Shown here: positions 36,770 through 51,700 of the stretch, in pieces | Layout of the letters: every line of letters starts with the position of its first letter | Numbering within the stretch: position 1 is the stretch's first letter | DNA from: Paragordius varius | Lineage: Eukaryota > Animalia > Nematomorpha | Direction: 5' to 3' | Length of the DNA: 64,000 nucleotides | NCBI GenBank assembly: GCA_964247055.1 | Contig: OZ176058.1 | Span: 3,100,001 to 3,164,000 of the forward strand | Notes under the pieces: model-generated | Database searches by the model: none | Seen by the model: the letters and a program-made list of their open reading frames with translations, nothing else | Told to the model about the DNA's origin: nothing | Made by a program: the position numbers and the translations under genes

Positions 36770-39700
36770 ATGGCTGATATTAAAAATTATCTTTATACGT
36801 GGTGTTGTAAGAGAGGGAGTGTTTTATCTTATGAGTACAGTAATGTAGGTCTTAAATCTCCTCACTTTATTTGTCAAGTATTACAATATTTAACAAATAT
36901 AATAGGCCACTATTTCTACGATAGATTATGTAGCTCAAGGTGGAGCCAGCAGTAAAAAGGAGGCCCAGACCTTAGCCGCCAAAAATTTTGTTAAATATCT
37001 GATGGATCATAATTTTATGCCCAAAATAAATGAAGCGCCCCTTCGATCAAATTCTACCACCATAAGTTTTTTTTTTATTTTTAATTATTAATATAGAACA
37101 AGCCAATAATTTAGCGAATGGGAGGACAGAGAACATTGCTGACCAAGATATAACAAAACAAAAGCTTAATGAAGTAATTATTTTATTTGTTTTATAAAAA
37201 AGCATAATATTTTATTTTTTTAATGGATTTATCCACACCTTTTCTTAATCTTTTTTAAATGAAATATTGGGTTACATAATAGGAAATGGAGATATAATTT
37301 GTCAATAAATTAATAATCAATTTTAATGTATATAGGAAAATCAACTTTAAAAGTATATTCCTAAAATGCGCTTTAGCTTAATTTCATTTTTTATACGGGC
37401 AAAGTTTTTTTATATTTTAGTTTAATTTAACAGTTTATTTTTATATATATAGATTGATCATATTGTTTATAAGGTATATTATGGACTTTGGTTCTTTTAT
37501 TATAAGTTTTTTACAGAAGTGTATTTAGTATACAATTCACTATTGAATATCAAGCTTTTTATTTTAATATTTTTTACCGAGTTTATAATATCTATCTTTT
37601 GTGTATATTGGTGAAATCTATATATGTATAAAATGGAAAGTGATGGCTTTGTGATCTGTTTCCAAAATGGTTTACCTATTCAAATTTTAATATCGAAAAA
37701 ATATGATCATTAATAAATGTTTCCACAATAGCTTCGTCCTTTTTTTTGAATTAGGCCCCCAGTTTGGGCTTACTCCGTGTTAAAAACGGTTTTTTTTGAA
37801 AATTTTCCGGAAAACGTGTTGGACCATTCAATTTAATCTATTTTTTTTACTTATTTTTGTTTGCGCCGAACATAGTCGGCTCGCTTTTTTAATTTAGGCC
37901 CTCTTTTTACCCGCTCCTCATTGAAATTGCCCTCCTTTTCAAAAAAACTCCACAAAAATAGTTTTTGAATCTATTTTTCGCTCAAGATCTGAGACCGTAA
38001 AAATTCTAATGAGTATTCCCAATATTCTCTGTTAAAAGGCAAATTAGTCATGCGTTTTTTTATATTGGCTTTTGGGTAAGGAGATACCCGCTAAAAACTG
38101 ACCCGTCATATTGAAATAGCGTGATTTTGGGGTTAAATTTCGGAAAACCTATCAGGCCATGTTAGCTCAATAAATGCTTAATATATTACCCTTAACTAGG
38201 CAAAAAAATAATTCGAGCGTTTTTTCAAATTAGCCGTTAATTAGGCTCTGCACGCCCTTAAAAATGCGCCACCATAGAATGATTTTTTAGTTTTGAGCAA
38301 TTTTTTTAAAAGCAATGAGACCATATGGAATCAACCATGATTTTCTCCGTAAAAAGGCAAAAATTAATCAAGCGCTGTTTTTTTGTATCAGAGGGGCGCC
38401 ACCATATCAAAATTGCGTTGTTTAGGAGTTAATCAAATTATCACGCCATATAAGTTTAATGAGGGCCTGAATTAATACATGTAAAAAGGAAAAAATTTAA
38501 GTCGAGCGGTTACTTTAAATAAGACGTCAATTAGGTCCTACACGCCCTAAAAAATGCGTAATCATTGATTTAATATTTAGTTTTGAAGCCATTCTTCCAA
38601 AAACAATTCGAACATATGGAATGAATGATGATTACAGGTATTCCCCTATAAAGGCAAAAATTTTCGTCGAACGTTTTTTTATTAGCCTCTGGGCAGGGGA
38701 CTACCCGCCTACAACTGCGCCACCATATCGATACAGCGTGCCTTTGAGCTTAAATTTCAGAAAACCTATCAGGCCATATGAGTTCAATAGCTGCTTAAAA
38801 TCTTACCCGTAACAAGGCAAAAATTTATGTTGTCCGGTTTATAAAACTACTCTCTAATTAGGCTCTTGCCCTGAAAAATGTGCCACCGAATAACTTTTTA
38901 GTTTTGAGGCATTTTTTCGCAGTCGCGATTCCAGGTATTACCTGAATTAAGGCAAAAATTTTAATCGAGCGTTTTTGTTTCGCTTTTGGTTAGGGGGATA
39001 CTCGCATAAAAAGGCGTAACCATATCGATACAGCATGCCTTTAGAGCCAAATTTTAGAAAATATATGAGTAATAGAAACATATGGATTCCATGATAATTC
39101 CAGACACCCGCCAAAAACTGCGCCATTATATAGAAATCGCATTGTTTTGGAGCTAATTTACAGAAAATTTATATAGCCAGAATATAAAACTAGGTAAAAA
39201 AAGGTCAGGTGTTTTTATTTGCCGTTAACTTGGGGCTTTTATTCCCTAAAAATACGCCATCATATAACGATTATATAGTGTTGAGGTTTTTTCCGAATAA
39301 CCTATGAGAAGATGGTATCAAAGATGATTCCAAATATGTGCTCTATAAAGCAAAGAATTTAACTCAGCGCTTTTTCCATATAAGTTTTTATAAGTGTAGG
39401 GGTCTACCACTCTAAAACTGAGACCTTAAGCAGATTTTAAAAAATTTAAAAACCATACAGTTCAGTTAAATACATTTCCTGGGAATCCCTATATCATTTT
39501 TTCCTTTAAAAGGGGACCACAAATCATTTACTTTTTATAACCCTCGATCTGTGTGAACACACTCTCAAAATAAATACTTTTAAACCATGATTTCGTTAAA
39601 TGAAAATCTTAAAATGACTCCAATGATAGTTGAATTTAACTTTAATAAGAGACAGTTTAAATACGGTCAATTTTGACTAAACAATATTTGAGCCTATGCA

Positions 39701-42700
39701 AAAACCCGTAAAAGATAATTAATTTATCTCCAATACTCCTATTTATTGCAAATTATTAAGGATAATTATTGGTTAGATTACGTCACAGCGAAGCCTTATA
39801 GTTATAGTGCATTTTAAAGAAATTAATCCCATACATGGCTTTTCCAAAAACCATATATATGCATCTTGATCAAAATTCAATCATTAGCAGATTTAATTTA
39901 TCCTGGAATAGCTGTGTCACGTGTATATGTGTTCACACATAGATATATGGTTATCATGAAAGTCTGTTCTTTTTTTCAAATATGGCAGTAATAATTAATG
40001 TTTGAATATCCACAATATATAATTATTTGGATGATATATTGCCCAAAAATGTCTATCTCTGTTTTAATTCAAAACTTGGGGATAAACAACATTGTTTGTT
40101 AGTCCCTTATTGGTAAGTACAAAAAGGCTTTCAGGATTGCTACGCGTGAACACGCAACATATAATAATTGCCCGTGTGAAAAGCATTCTTTAGAAAATTG
40201 AAATGGGACTACTTATGGAATCATAGGAATGCGAGGAATAAAAACATTCTTACCTTCAAACGGTCCCACTAATATAGTAGCTTCTATTATTTTACAATCT
40301 AAAAGTTTTCAACTATGAGTCGTGTGTGCCATTGCGCAAAATCTTGGCTGATTAATATTGCGTAACACATCCACATAGATAGGTAGTTGAATCAGGAGAT
40401 GCAGTTAATTATCCAACCGAATTCTTAAATTCTTCCTATGATCCATCAGGACCACCCCATTTAATGATTCTAAAGGTAGTATTTTCAATAATATCGTTAC
40501 GCAATATCGCAATGACAATAAATAAGGCTCAGGGCCAAACTTTAAACGATTGCGGATTAGATTTATCTACAGATTACTTTTCACACAGGCAATTATTATA
40601 TGTTGCGTGTTCACGCGTAAGTAATCCTAAGAGCCTTTTTGTACTTACAAATAAGGGACTAACAAACAATGTTGTTTATCCCCAAGTTTGAATTAAAACA
40701 GAGATATTATACATTTTATATATTGAAATATGAGTTTGCTTTTTAAACTAATTTATCAACCCTGTTTACGACATATGTTTTTTTATTAACTTTCTCAGAT
40801 CAAATTGTGTAAAATCGAAAAATCTCAAGACATCATATGTATAAAAATGAAACAATATTTTAATAAAATTATACAATACAGTAGCGTATGACATAAAACA
40901 ATATTATTCCATAAAAAGAATTTTTTAAAAAAAACAAAGGGATATTATGGATGTGTATTTACATTTAGGCTTGAATGTTATATGCCATACGCTACTGTTT
41001 ATGTACGTTTGTTTCGGCCAATTGGTGTATACCATAGTCAGTGATAAAAAAAATCAAATTATGTTAATAATAAACAAAATTAATGTTGTGAGATTGGAAA
41101 ATGTTGAATAATTTTCACCATTTGTTGTTTTTATCTATATGCTACTGTGTTTCCGATCACAAATAATCTAAATTGGCCAACATTAATGTGTGCATACTGT
41201 ATCTCTATTTTTAAAATTTTTTGACCCCTGATTTACTATTTACTTTTTTGTCCTAGTTTACATTTTGGGGTAGTTTTATATCCTAAAGCTTAATTTTGTT
41301 AACTAATTACAGGTTTGATATTTTAGTCAAAATCTAATGGTCAAATATTGTCTGTGTTATAAATAAAAATGGCTTTATTTTTAACAATTTTGTGACTTTT
41401 AAAGTTTAAAGAGGAGAGCTAAAAACACGCATCTGAAATTAAAATCAGAAAACTTTAAGTTTTGTAATTTCTTGGTAAAGCTTTTTAAAGTTAAATATAT
41501 ATATTTTTTAACCATAATATACATATATTGGCCTGTGACATTACCGATTTAAAAAAAATTAAAAAAAAAATGGCGGCAAAAAAGTTTGATATGAGGATTT
41601 TTTACAATTTACATTTTTTAAATATTTTTTTCTCACCTAAAAGGTTAAATAAAGCATATTATTATATTCGATTTTATATCTTAAAATCTTTTTAAGATGT
41701 TTTAATTTCAAATCGCTCTCTGATATAAAACTACTCCAAAAGGTAATGAATGAATTCTTAAATTTTATAAATTTATCTTTTGTGTAAAAAAACCAAATGT
41801 AGTTTAATGAAATTGATCAAAGCGCTTCACTGCATGGGAATTGGAAGCTAGAAAATGCAAAAAGTCGACTTCACCATTTTTTGCAAATCAATCGTTTGAG
41901 TTCGGAATATCGGTACAAAGTTATTGGGACCACACCGCAAACCAAGTTTGATTTTATGCTTATTTTTAACAATTATTAATAACCAACAACTCTCTATACA
42001 GTGGATTCAATTAAAGAATATTTGTAGTAAAGAAATTGATATTAGGGGTTAAATGAATATTAATTAAAATAAAAAAATGAATATTAGTGAAAATAAAAAA
42101 ATTAATATTAGGGGTAAAAAAATGAATATAGTCAAAATAAAAAAACATAGGGCTATGGTGCACGAGTAAGCATTACCCCATAAATACCCATTAAATAATA
42201 ATTATTTTTTAATATTAGTGAAAGAAAAAAAAAGGGAATTTATTGAGTATGTATTCTTTCCTTTTATTATAGTAAATAGTAAAAAATAATTATTATTTAA
42301 TAGGTATGGGGTAATGCTTAAACCATGGCCCTTTGTTTTTTGTTTTTTTATTTTCACTAATATACATTTTTTTTACTCCTAATATATACCATTTACAGTT
42401 CAAATTCACCCTTCTTGAACAATTCAAATTCACCCTAAAAATAAATTATGTGTTTTCGAACTAATATAACTAATTATTAATATGAAATATATCTTTATGG
42501 CATAGTTTATTATTTTTTCAGTGTTATTTTAATTTAAAACAAAATTTTTATTTTTTAAAAATATATTAAAATATAGGTAAATTTTGATCTCAAAAAACAT
42601 ATATTTTTATTGAGGGTGAATTTGAATTGTTTAAGGGTGATTTTAATTGTTTAAGGGTGAATATGAATTGTAAATGGTATATAAATTTCTTTACTGCAAA

Positions 42701-45700
42701 TATTCTTTTATTTAATTTACTTAGTCTTATGCGGCCCTCTAAAATTTTTAAAGGTTTCCGAAAATTTAGAAAAAAGCTAATAATTACAACATTTGTAAAA
42801 CTTGGAATTTTTATTATTTCCTTTAATTTGTTTGTTAATAATAATTTATAGAGAATTATATTTATTTATTTTGTTTAAATAATCACACAAATAAACTGTT
42901 TGACAAAGGATATTTTAAGGCTGTTAAATATTGTTTAATTGGACTTTGTATAATCTAGTATAATGAAAGTATTCTTAACAATAAATTTTCATTCATTAAA
43001 TTTTTTATAGACAAAGGATTCAAATTTTTGATTGAAGTTAAACTTTTGGAAATAAATCATGTATTTATCAATATTTTTTTTCGTTAAATGGGTATAAATA
43101 TTTGGTAAAGAATGGAAAAAACAAGAGCTCTCTGGTGTAATTTTTATACTTTTATTGATGAATATGATATTGTTAATACCATAGAACTCTTGTTTTTTCC
43201 ACATTCTTTACCAAATATTTATACCACCCCCCATTTAACGAAAAAAAATAAATTTTTGATAAAATAAATACATGATTGTATTTTAGGAATTTTAAATGTC
43301 ATTACCAGGCCATTTGTTGATACCCTTATTCTAAACTAATGATTTAATATATTGTAATAACATACATTAAATAAAAAACTTTATTTTTTTGAAATCATTT
43401 TTAAGTTAATTACCTACATATTCCAAAAATTGGGAATCCACTAACCTGAAATACGCATAAAGATTCTAACCTTATCACTTAAATAAATTTTTAAAACATT
43501 TTCTTATACGCTTTCCCAATATTTTTACCCTTGAACAAATCAAATTCACCCTAAAATAGTTATGTGTTTTCGGGATAATATAGCTCATTATTGATATGAA
43601 ATATATTTTTTTCGACATATTTTATTATTTTTTCATCATTATGTTAATTTTAAACAGAATTTCATATTTAAAATATATTATAAAAAAAAGTAATCTTAAA
43701 AAACACGTTAGTATCAAGTAATTGATTTTAGGGTAAATTTGAATTGTGTAAGGGTGATTTTGAACTGTAAATGGTATTTCTTATAAGCACAACAAACACT
43801 AATACATAATCTTAAATATTTTTTTTCATATGACAAGGTAGGCTAAAATTACCGTTTTGCCTGTATAATTTATTTTTTACTCTATATACGAATCTATTAT
43901 AAACCGAAAAACGAAATTTATTACATAAATTCTAATCTTACTGTAAAACAGAGCATACTCACATAATAAGTTTTGTCCGTGTAATTTAAATTTGTATATG
44001 AGAATGCCTACAACTAAATAATCGTACGTATTAATACAAAGTTTAAAACGAAATTTATTACATGAACTTAAACTTAATCTTACTGTAAAACAGAGCATAC
44101 TCACATAATAAGTTTTGTCTGTATAATTCCAATATTCAGTGTATATGTTAATCCTTACAACTAAATAATCATACTTATTAATACAAAGTTTAAAACTAAT
44201 CTTTGTCTTAATATACCTTTTAGGGCATACATTGCTGAGATGAGTTTTCACGTCGTTAATAAAGATGACAATCCTATCATGATTAGCGCATCCGAGTATG
44301 GAAAAACTAAAATTGCAGCCTCAAAAGCGTGTGCCCTTATGCTTTTGCGACAATTATTTCATTTGGGTCTGGTTGAATCTTATGATCCGACTCAAAAACT
44401 ACTTGGAACAACTGCTGGGAGTAAAAAAAAGAAATTTGGGAAAAAAAGAGGAAAAGATGGAGGATTTAGTAGAGACACCCCAAAGCGTATTAAACCAGAA
44501 ACAGTATCTAAGTGGATTGTAAGTTTTTTTTAAAATTATTTGAAGTATAAAATCTATAGATACTTTTTTTAAGCAAAAATTTAAAACTTTTATTGTTTAT
44601 AGATAACATATAAAAATTATCTTTGGGATTCTTGTCTTTACACAAAATATTTAATTGTAAGTGTTAGAGTTTTGCCTTGAATGATAAATCATACAAATAT
44701 TTTTATAGTAAATATTTAAGGCGCGGGTAGGGAAAATGATCATTTAAATTTATAATTTCTGTAAAAAATATACAGTAAAAGGTTTTAGAGTGATTTTTTA
44801 GTTTTAGAACTTAAAATAAAGGATTGATTTTTAAATTACATGTTTTATTTATTTTTTTTCTTGCAAATAAAATTTTATTTCGAGATTTGGTTTGATTTTT
44901 CTGTTTTATTAAACATCCAAAGAAACTGAAATTAAATTGTAGCTTGTAATTTTTGCTTTAACTTTTAAATTATAAGGCAATTTTTTACATTTAAAAAAAT
45001 ATATAAGCTTTATAAATAAGACGGATTTTATAACTTTACTTACTCTATATTTTTATATTAAATGACACATTTTTAATTTTTTTTTTGAAAAAACAGATTA
45101 TTAAATTTATATTTTGAATTTTTTAAGATGGACCCCCCTTGCAATGTTAATTTGAATCCTGAAATCAATGTTCAATTTGACGAAGCTTTGAAAATGCTAC
45201 AACTTATACCTTTAGACATTGTAAAAAAATTTATTTTACTAAAATATTTTATTTATATAAATTATTTTTAAAAGATTATATTAATAGATAAATAAAAATT
45301 TGTTTGATTTTTATATTAATTTAATTAATTTCATTACAAATGCGAAAATATGTTATGAAATTTAATTAAAATTGCCAATTGTTTTTGTTTTTTAAATTTT
45401 CAATTATACCATATATTTTTTTATTAGATAATTAAATTGTTAGAATATTGTATCAAAATTTTAGCATTTTTTATAAAATTATTTTTTTGAGCCATTTTAT
45501 AACAATGTTTATAAAATTTAACTGTACATTTTTTTCGTTTTAAATCAGGGATTTCGGGCCGCATTCTAACTATAAATAAAATTTAAATAAAATTTGCTAG
45601 ATTTCAAACATAAAAATGTAAAATGCAAACGCAATATAGCAATTTTTTCTAGCTTATTGTCAATAGGATATATTAATTTACAAAAATTGTTCATGAATTT

Positions 45701-48700
45701 TAGATTTCAAATAAAAAAAATTACATTTTTTGCAAAATATGGATTTCAATTTTTTTTATCTGCCCTTGATATAAAAATTTCCGAAAGCTCTGTTTTGAAC
45801 GCCTTTGTTGTAACCTATTAATTTGTATCATAACATTTTCAATTATTTTTATAAAAAAATGTTAAATTTTTATCATTTGTTAGCATTAATTTTGGCTATT
45901 GTGTTCATATATATTTCAAAATAATTATATTTGCAAAATATTTTTGACTTTTTATTTTTCGTATAATATTAGTGATACTTTAATCACTTATGAAAAAATA
46001 TTAAAAAAAATTTATAATTTTTTACACAGTAAATGCTGCCATTTTAAAATCTATAGTTATTGTTGGTTTTAAAAATACCGTTTGATTAGTTATTTTTTAC
46101 CTTAAAAGAGTTTATTATAGTAACATTGTCAATTATTAAAAAAATATTAAAAATTTTCACTTCTCACAACAAATAAATTTTATTGTTTCAATTTTTCATA
46201 TTTTATAATCCTTATTTTGCAAAAAACCGAATTTTTAAATTTTAAATTCTATATAATTTTAGAAAAACCGAATTTTTAATTTTTGAATTACTATATTATA
46301 CATTTTAGATACCTAAAGAGCCAAGTCTCAATGTTAAAAGTTATTCACAAATACTGGAAAAAATTGATTTTAGTATTCCGTCGGATATAAACTTATTAAA
46401 ACCTGTTCCACGTAATTATATATTTATCTAAATATGATATTTTATCAAATTTAAATTAAATTGATAATAATAAAATATTCATTTATAAACATTATATATA
46501 CTATTTACTGTTCAAATTAACCCTTGAATATATCAATTTCACCCTTGAACACAATTTTAAATTCACCTTAAATATTTTAAAATTTCTATATTTACAGTTT
46601 TACAGTAAAACTTGAAATTATACGGACAAAACATAAAAATATAAAAGCAATTTTTTTCTAAAAGACAACTAAACTTTTTAAATCTTTTATTATAATATAA
46701 CTCATTATTTTATACAACAAAGTATAATATAGAGATGTATATTGGTAACACAACAAAATTATATTATTGTGAATAAATAATTTATATGAGAAAAATTTAA
46801 ATTTAAAAAAGTATGGTTGTCTTTTAGATAAAAAAATTGTCTTTATATTTTTACGTTAATCGTTTCACAAAAAAATTTATAAATACTGTTCTTTTAATTT
46901 TTTATTTATCATTTTAGATATTTTTTACCCTAACTGGCAACTTCATATAATTTAGATCGTAATCAATTAAAAAGATTAAAAACATAGAAAGAAATTCGTT
47001 TATTGTTTTTATAATTAGTAATTTTATTGCATTATTTATTTAATAGTTTTATGGACACCACCTATGAAGGATTGGAACACATGGGCTTGTAAAGAAATTT
47101 TGCCTCCTATTGTAATTTTTATCTTTTTTAAAAAAAATCTGAATTTTATACTTTTTTTAAACTCTAAACTTATAATAAATCTTACAGAAAATATTTTTTA
47201 ATTGACCTAGTACATATGATTTAGTTATTTATACAATTTTATTTTTTTGCAGGAATTAAATATAATATATTTTAGTTTTAGATGCATTATTTTAAAATAA
47301 TTATACTTGGGATTTTTGTTAGAACAAAACACCTGAAGGTTTTTAATTTTTTAAAATTATCGGAATTAAATGATAAACATAAAAATTATAAACTATGCCA
47401 AAAAATTTTATTAATTAATTTTTAAACCATAAAATATATTTTTAAGATGAAAATTTTGGTTTGGGGTTAAATTTTCCTATATAAATTTTTTTGCTGCTTT
47501 AGAATTTGGAAGAATATAATGATCACCTTTTAAAAGATTGGAATGCAAAAATTGACGAAAATTCAGAATTTACCAAGGTTTTAGATTTATTTTAGGAATT
47601 TTCGTATTATATATATGTAAAAATAAATCTAAAAGATTAATATTTTTTATATAAATTAAACTTTTTAAGTGTTTTTTTGGAAGTCAGAAAAATTATAATT
47701 ATAAATAATGAATTTATTACTAATTAACATCTTTATTGGTAATTAGCTATCCTAAAATATTGGTTTAAAAAAATGGATATAAAAATATGTTTTTGTCTAT
47801 TTTTATAAAACATTTTTGTGTTTTACATATTTTTTTATATAATCCCCCTAAAATAAAACTCTACATTTTTTATGGCAGGTTAAGAAATAAAAATATAAAT
47901 TTATAAACACTATTAATGTTAATGAAACATATATAAAATTGTACATAAATCGTTTAGTCTTTAAAAAAATATAAATGAAAAATGTATAATTTTTACGTAT
48001 TTGTGAAATCTTTCCAAATTAATACTGTATTGAAATTATACGATAAAACGTTAAATATAACATATATATTTTTTCAAAAGGCAATTATACTTTTTAAACC
48101 TTTTTTTTTCCTTATAAATTATATCGGTTTTTACCACATGTTTTTTTAGTTTCATATCTCATTAAATATTAATTTATACTTAATACTTTAAATTTTAGTT
48201 TATATTTCAATTTTTTTTGCGTTTGACAAAGATCTAGTAATAATCGAAAATTCACAATAAATTCATATAATTTTAGCTGAATTATAATTGCAATAAAATA
48301 AAAATATTGTTATCTTTATATTTTTTTTACGTTTTGTCCGTTTAATTTTAGTTCTTACTGTAGTGTCTACATGTTATGTTTAATGATAGATTTTTGAAGA
48401 ACGTAAAAATATGCCGATATACGCGCATAAAGATGAGATTTTAACCGCAATTACAAATCATGCAGTCGTTTTTGTCAAAGGACCCCCCAAAATCGGAAAA
48501 AGCACACAAGTTTAAATCATTAAATATTAACACTTTTTATATATAATAAAAGCGATTTTATATTTTATAGCTTAAACATCATACATAATTTTGAAATTGA
48601 AATTTTTTTATTTATAAGTTTTGAAAAATTTTTTTATACTTTTAAGCGTATATATATTTATTATTCTCTTCAAGGTTAGTTTATATAATAAGCACTTTCT

Positions 48701-51700
48701 TACTTGCTGATATAATTTGGAAAAGAAACTAATTTTGATATAGAAAACGCTTTATATTTTTGAGTGATAGTTATTTAAACTATTGAGCAATTCAACTGTA
48801 CATAATTATTTTTAGGTTGGTTTTTGAATATGCCTTTTAAAATTTCCTTTGAGGGCATATATCAATAATACTTGCAAAATTTTGCTCAGAGGTTTTAATT
48901 AGTTTCTAACATTCCCTTTTATTATGTTTACCATTAAAATGTTCTAGACCAGGGGTGTTCAACACGCTTTTTTTAGTCTACAAAAATGCTCTTAAAAATG
49001 TTAAAAAAATAAAAAATTGAATTTTTTCAATTAAAAATTTTACGATTATTTAAATAATATTATTATCCAAAAATAATAATAGAATTTTTAAATTGAAACA
49101 AAATTTTTTGATTGAACACCCCTTACTCTAGACCAAATAAACAATAAATTACATTTTAAATGTAGATATATATTAATTGCACCTAAACAAAATTTTGCAT
49201 TTTTACGATCTCAATTCCCTAATACAGATATTCCGATATATCATAATCTCAAAAGCGGTTTTTACCTTTAATAGGATTTTTTCATTATATTATCAAACAG
49301 ACCATTTTCTCTTTAAAAAAATGTATTTTTATTATAATCATATAATTAATTTTTAATACAAAAATTATATTGTTTTTAATATGGTAAAAATTGAAAACCA
49401 CACAAACTAAATGTAATTATTTTTTACTAATTTTTTTCTCAAAGATACCTCAATACATTATTGAGCAACCATTTAATGGTGATTTGATATTTGAAATCTT
49501 TTTGATTTATAAACTACCAAAAAAGTTTTATATGAAAAGTTTGCTCAAGGAAATCCATCTTCTTAATACGTATATATTTGCATTTCATAGCTTATAAAAC
49601 GATTTTTCTTTTGTAAAATATACTTCTTATTATATTTGCATTAAATTATATATAATATATACAGATACCTCAATACATTATTGAACAAGGAATTAGCCAA
49701 GGGCGTGGTTCCCAAAGCTGTGTTTGCGTAGTTAGCGGACAAAGTGTGCCTCCACTTTTGGCGCGAGATTTAACCGCTAAAGTTTTAGCGGATAGAATCC
49801 AGAGCGAACAACAGAATTCTCAAAAGACCGCTGTCATTGCCGGTTTCCAAAACTTTTGGGGTGAAACTGATATCGTCGCCACGAATGAGGTGGCGGATAA
49901 TTCAGTAAGAATTGTTTAAAACTATCGAAAGAAAAAAATTTTTTTTTATTTTAATTACATATAGTTTATACCATTTGCAAGAGTGTTCTTGAACACTTCT
50001 AGTTGGTCCTTGAACAATTATTGGTCCTTTAACAGTTCAAGTTGGTCCTTGAACAATTCAAGTTGGTCCTTAAAATTATAAATTTTGATTTAACCATAAT
50101 TTTTGCATTTGTTTTTTTATTTTATCATTTATAACCTAATTTTCTTGATTTATTAAAAACAATACAAAAAAGTCAAAGGACCAACTTGAAGTGTTCAAGG
50201 ATTAACTTGAAATGTTCAAGGACACTCTTGAAGTGCAAATGGTATATATAAATGGTACAAAAACGCTTGTATTTGATGATTTTTTATAAATTAAAGATAT
50301 TTTTAATATTTTAAACTATTATTAAACATTTTTTTGCCGTTTATATTAACTATATTTTTTGATTCATGTTTTGCCAACAAAATATTTATATTAAATTCTG
50401 ATTTCGTTTTAATATAACTCATAGTTTAAAATTGCAAAATATAAAGTAGAGATGTAAATTGGTAATATAACCAATTATATATTTTACAATTGGTATTTAA
50501 ATGATTTAAATAGGAAAAAGCAAGTTTTAAAAAATGTACAGTGGTTTTTTGAAAAATATTACGTTTTGTCCGTATAATTTCGATTTATATATATATTTAT
50601 ATATATTTTATAGGTATTGGCCACTGATAGAGGAATCTTACCAAGACCATTTGGAAGCGCTTTATACTGCAATATGGGTATGTTGTTTAAATTTTTTTGA
50701 AAACATTTTTTTGGATATTTTTAATATAAAAAAAATTGATTACTAGGATAGTTTTTTTAGATTTATATCAAAAAAGTGTATTTAAAGCTAATTTTTTTAA
50801 CTTTATAGAAAAATATTATATATTTTACTGGAAAAAATAATTATTAATTTAATTTTGTTTTATTAAAGGGTTAGTAAGTAAATTTGTATGTTACTTGTAA
50901 TATTAAGGTCATTATGGAGTCCCACAGGGTTTATTTGATAAAATTTGGATTAATTTGCAAATTTAATGTAAAGATAATAATTTTTGCCAAATAATTTTTT
51001 TTATATTTAAATTTTAAAGACGTAAAGTAAAAACTAAAGTACAAAATTATTTTTAAATCTTAATTTTTTTTTAAATTTAACAAATTTAAAATCTATAATT
51101 ATATCAAATTTATATCTCTAATTCATACTTTGTATTTTAAAATAATTCTTTTATTCAGATAACATGTTTAATAAAGTATTAATTGTTTTTATTCTTAAAT
51201 ATTTACGGTAAATTATTTAATTGTACTTAATTCATAAGTAAAACTATATTAAATGTACACAATATCAAAACTATTTACAATATTATCCTGGCAATAGATT
51301 TTTTTAATTATAAATAAATTTCAATTTTTAATGCAATTATTTTTTGATTGTAGAATATTTTTTACAACGCATACTGCGGTATGGCCTTAAAGGAATTAGC
51401 CATCTCATCATTGATGAAGTTTACGAAAGAGATTCTTTGGTAACATCACTTTTTTAGTTTTTTGTTTTGAACTCAATTTTATAAAAATTAAAATTTCAAT
51501 TTTATTTGGTTATTTTAGTAAACTTTTTTTACTTAAATAAAAATTAGAAATTATTCTGTTATTATAATTATGGATGGTTTTGTTTTTAATATACCATTTA
51601 CAATTCAAATTCACCCTTGAACAATTTAAATACCCTTAAACAATTAAATTTACCCTAAAAATTAATTATGTGTTTTCGGGCGCTAATCTAACTCATCATT

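Noticed and set aside
38621-38812. 63-aa ORF in the GC-richer intron region
   Set aside because: Lies inside the degenerate satellite; neighbouring units do not keep the frame.
43877-44251. 124-aa minus-strand ORF with an internal repeat
   Set aside because: Produced by the ~140-bp intronic tandem duplication, and overlaps DHX9-like exon 5 antisense.
47323-47338. Possible 16-nt microexon (NKTPE) with AG/GT borders
   Set aside because: It would exit in phase 1 while the next exon needs phase 0; exons 8 and 9 join in frame without it. A 57-nt version from an upstream AG is in frame but shows no homology. Needs RNA-seq.
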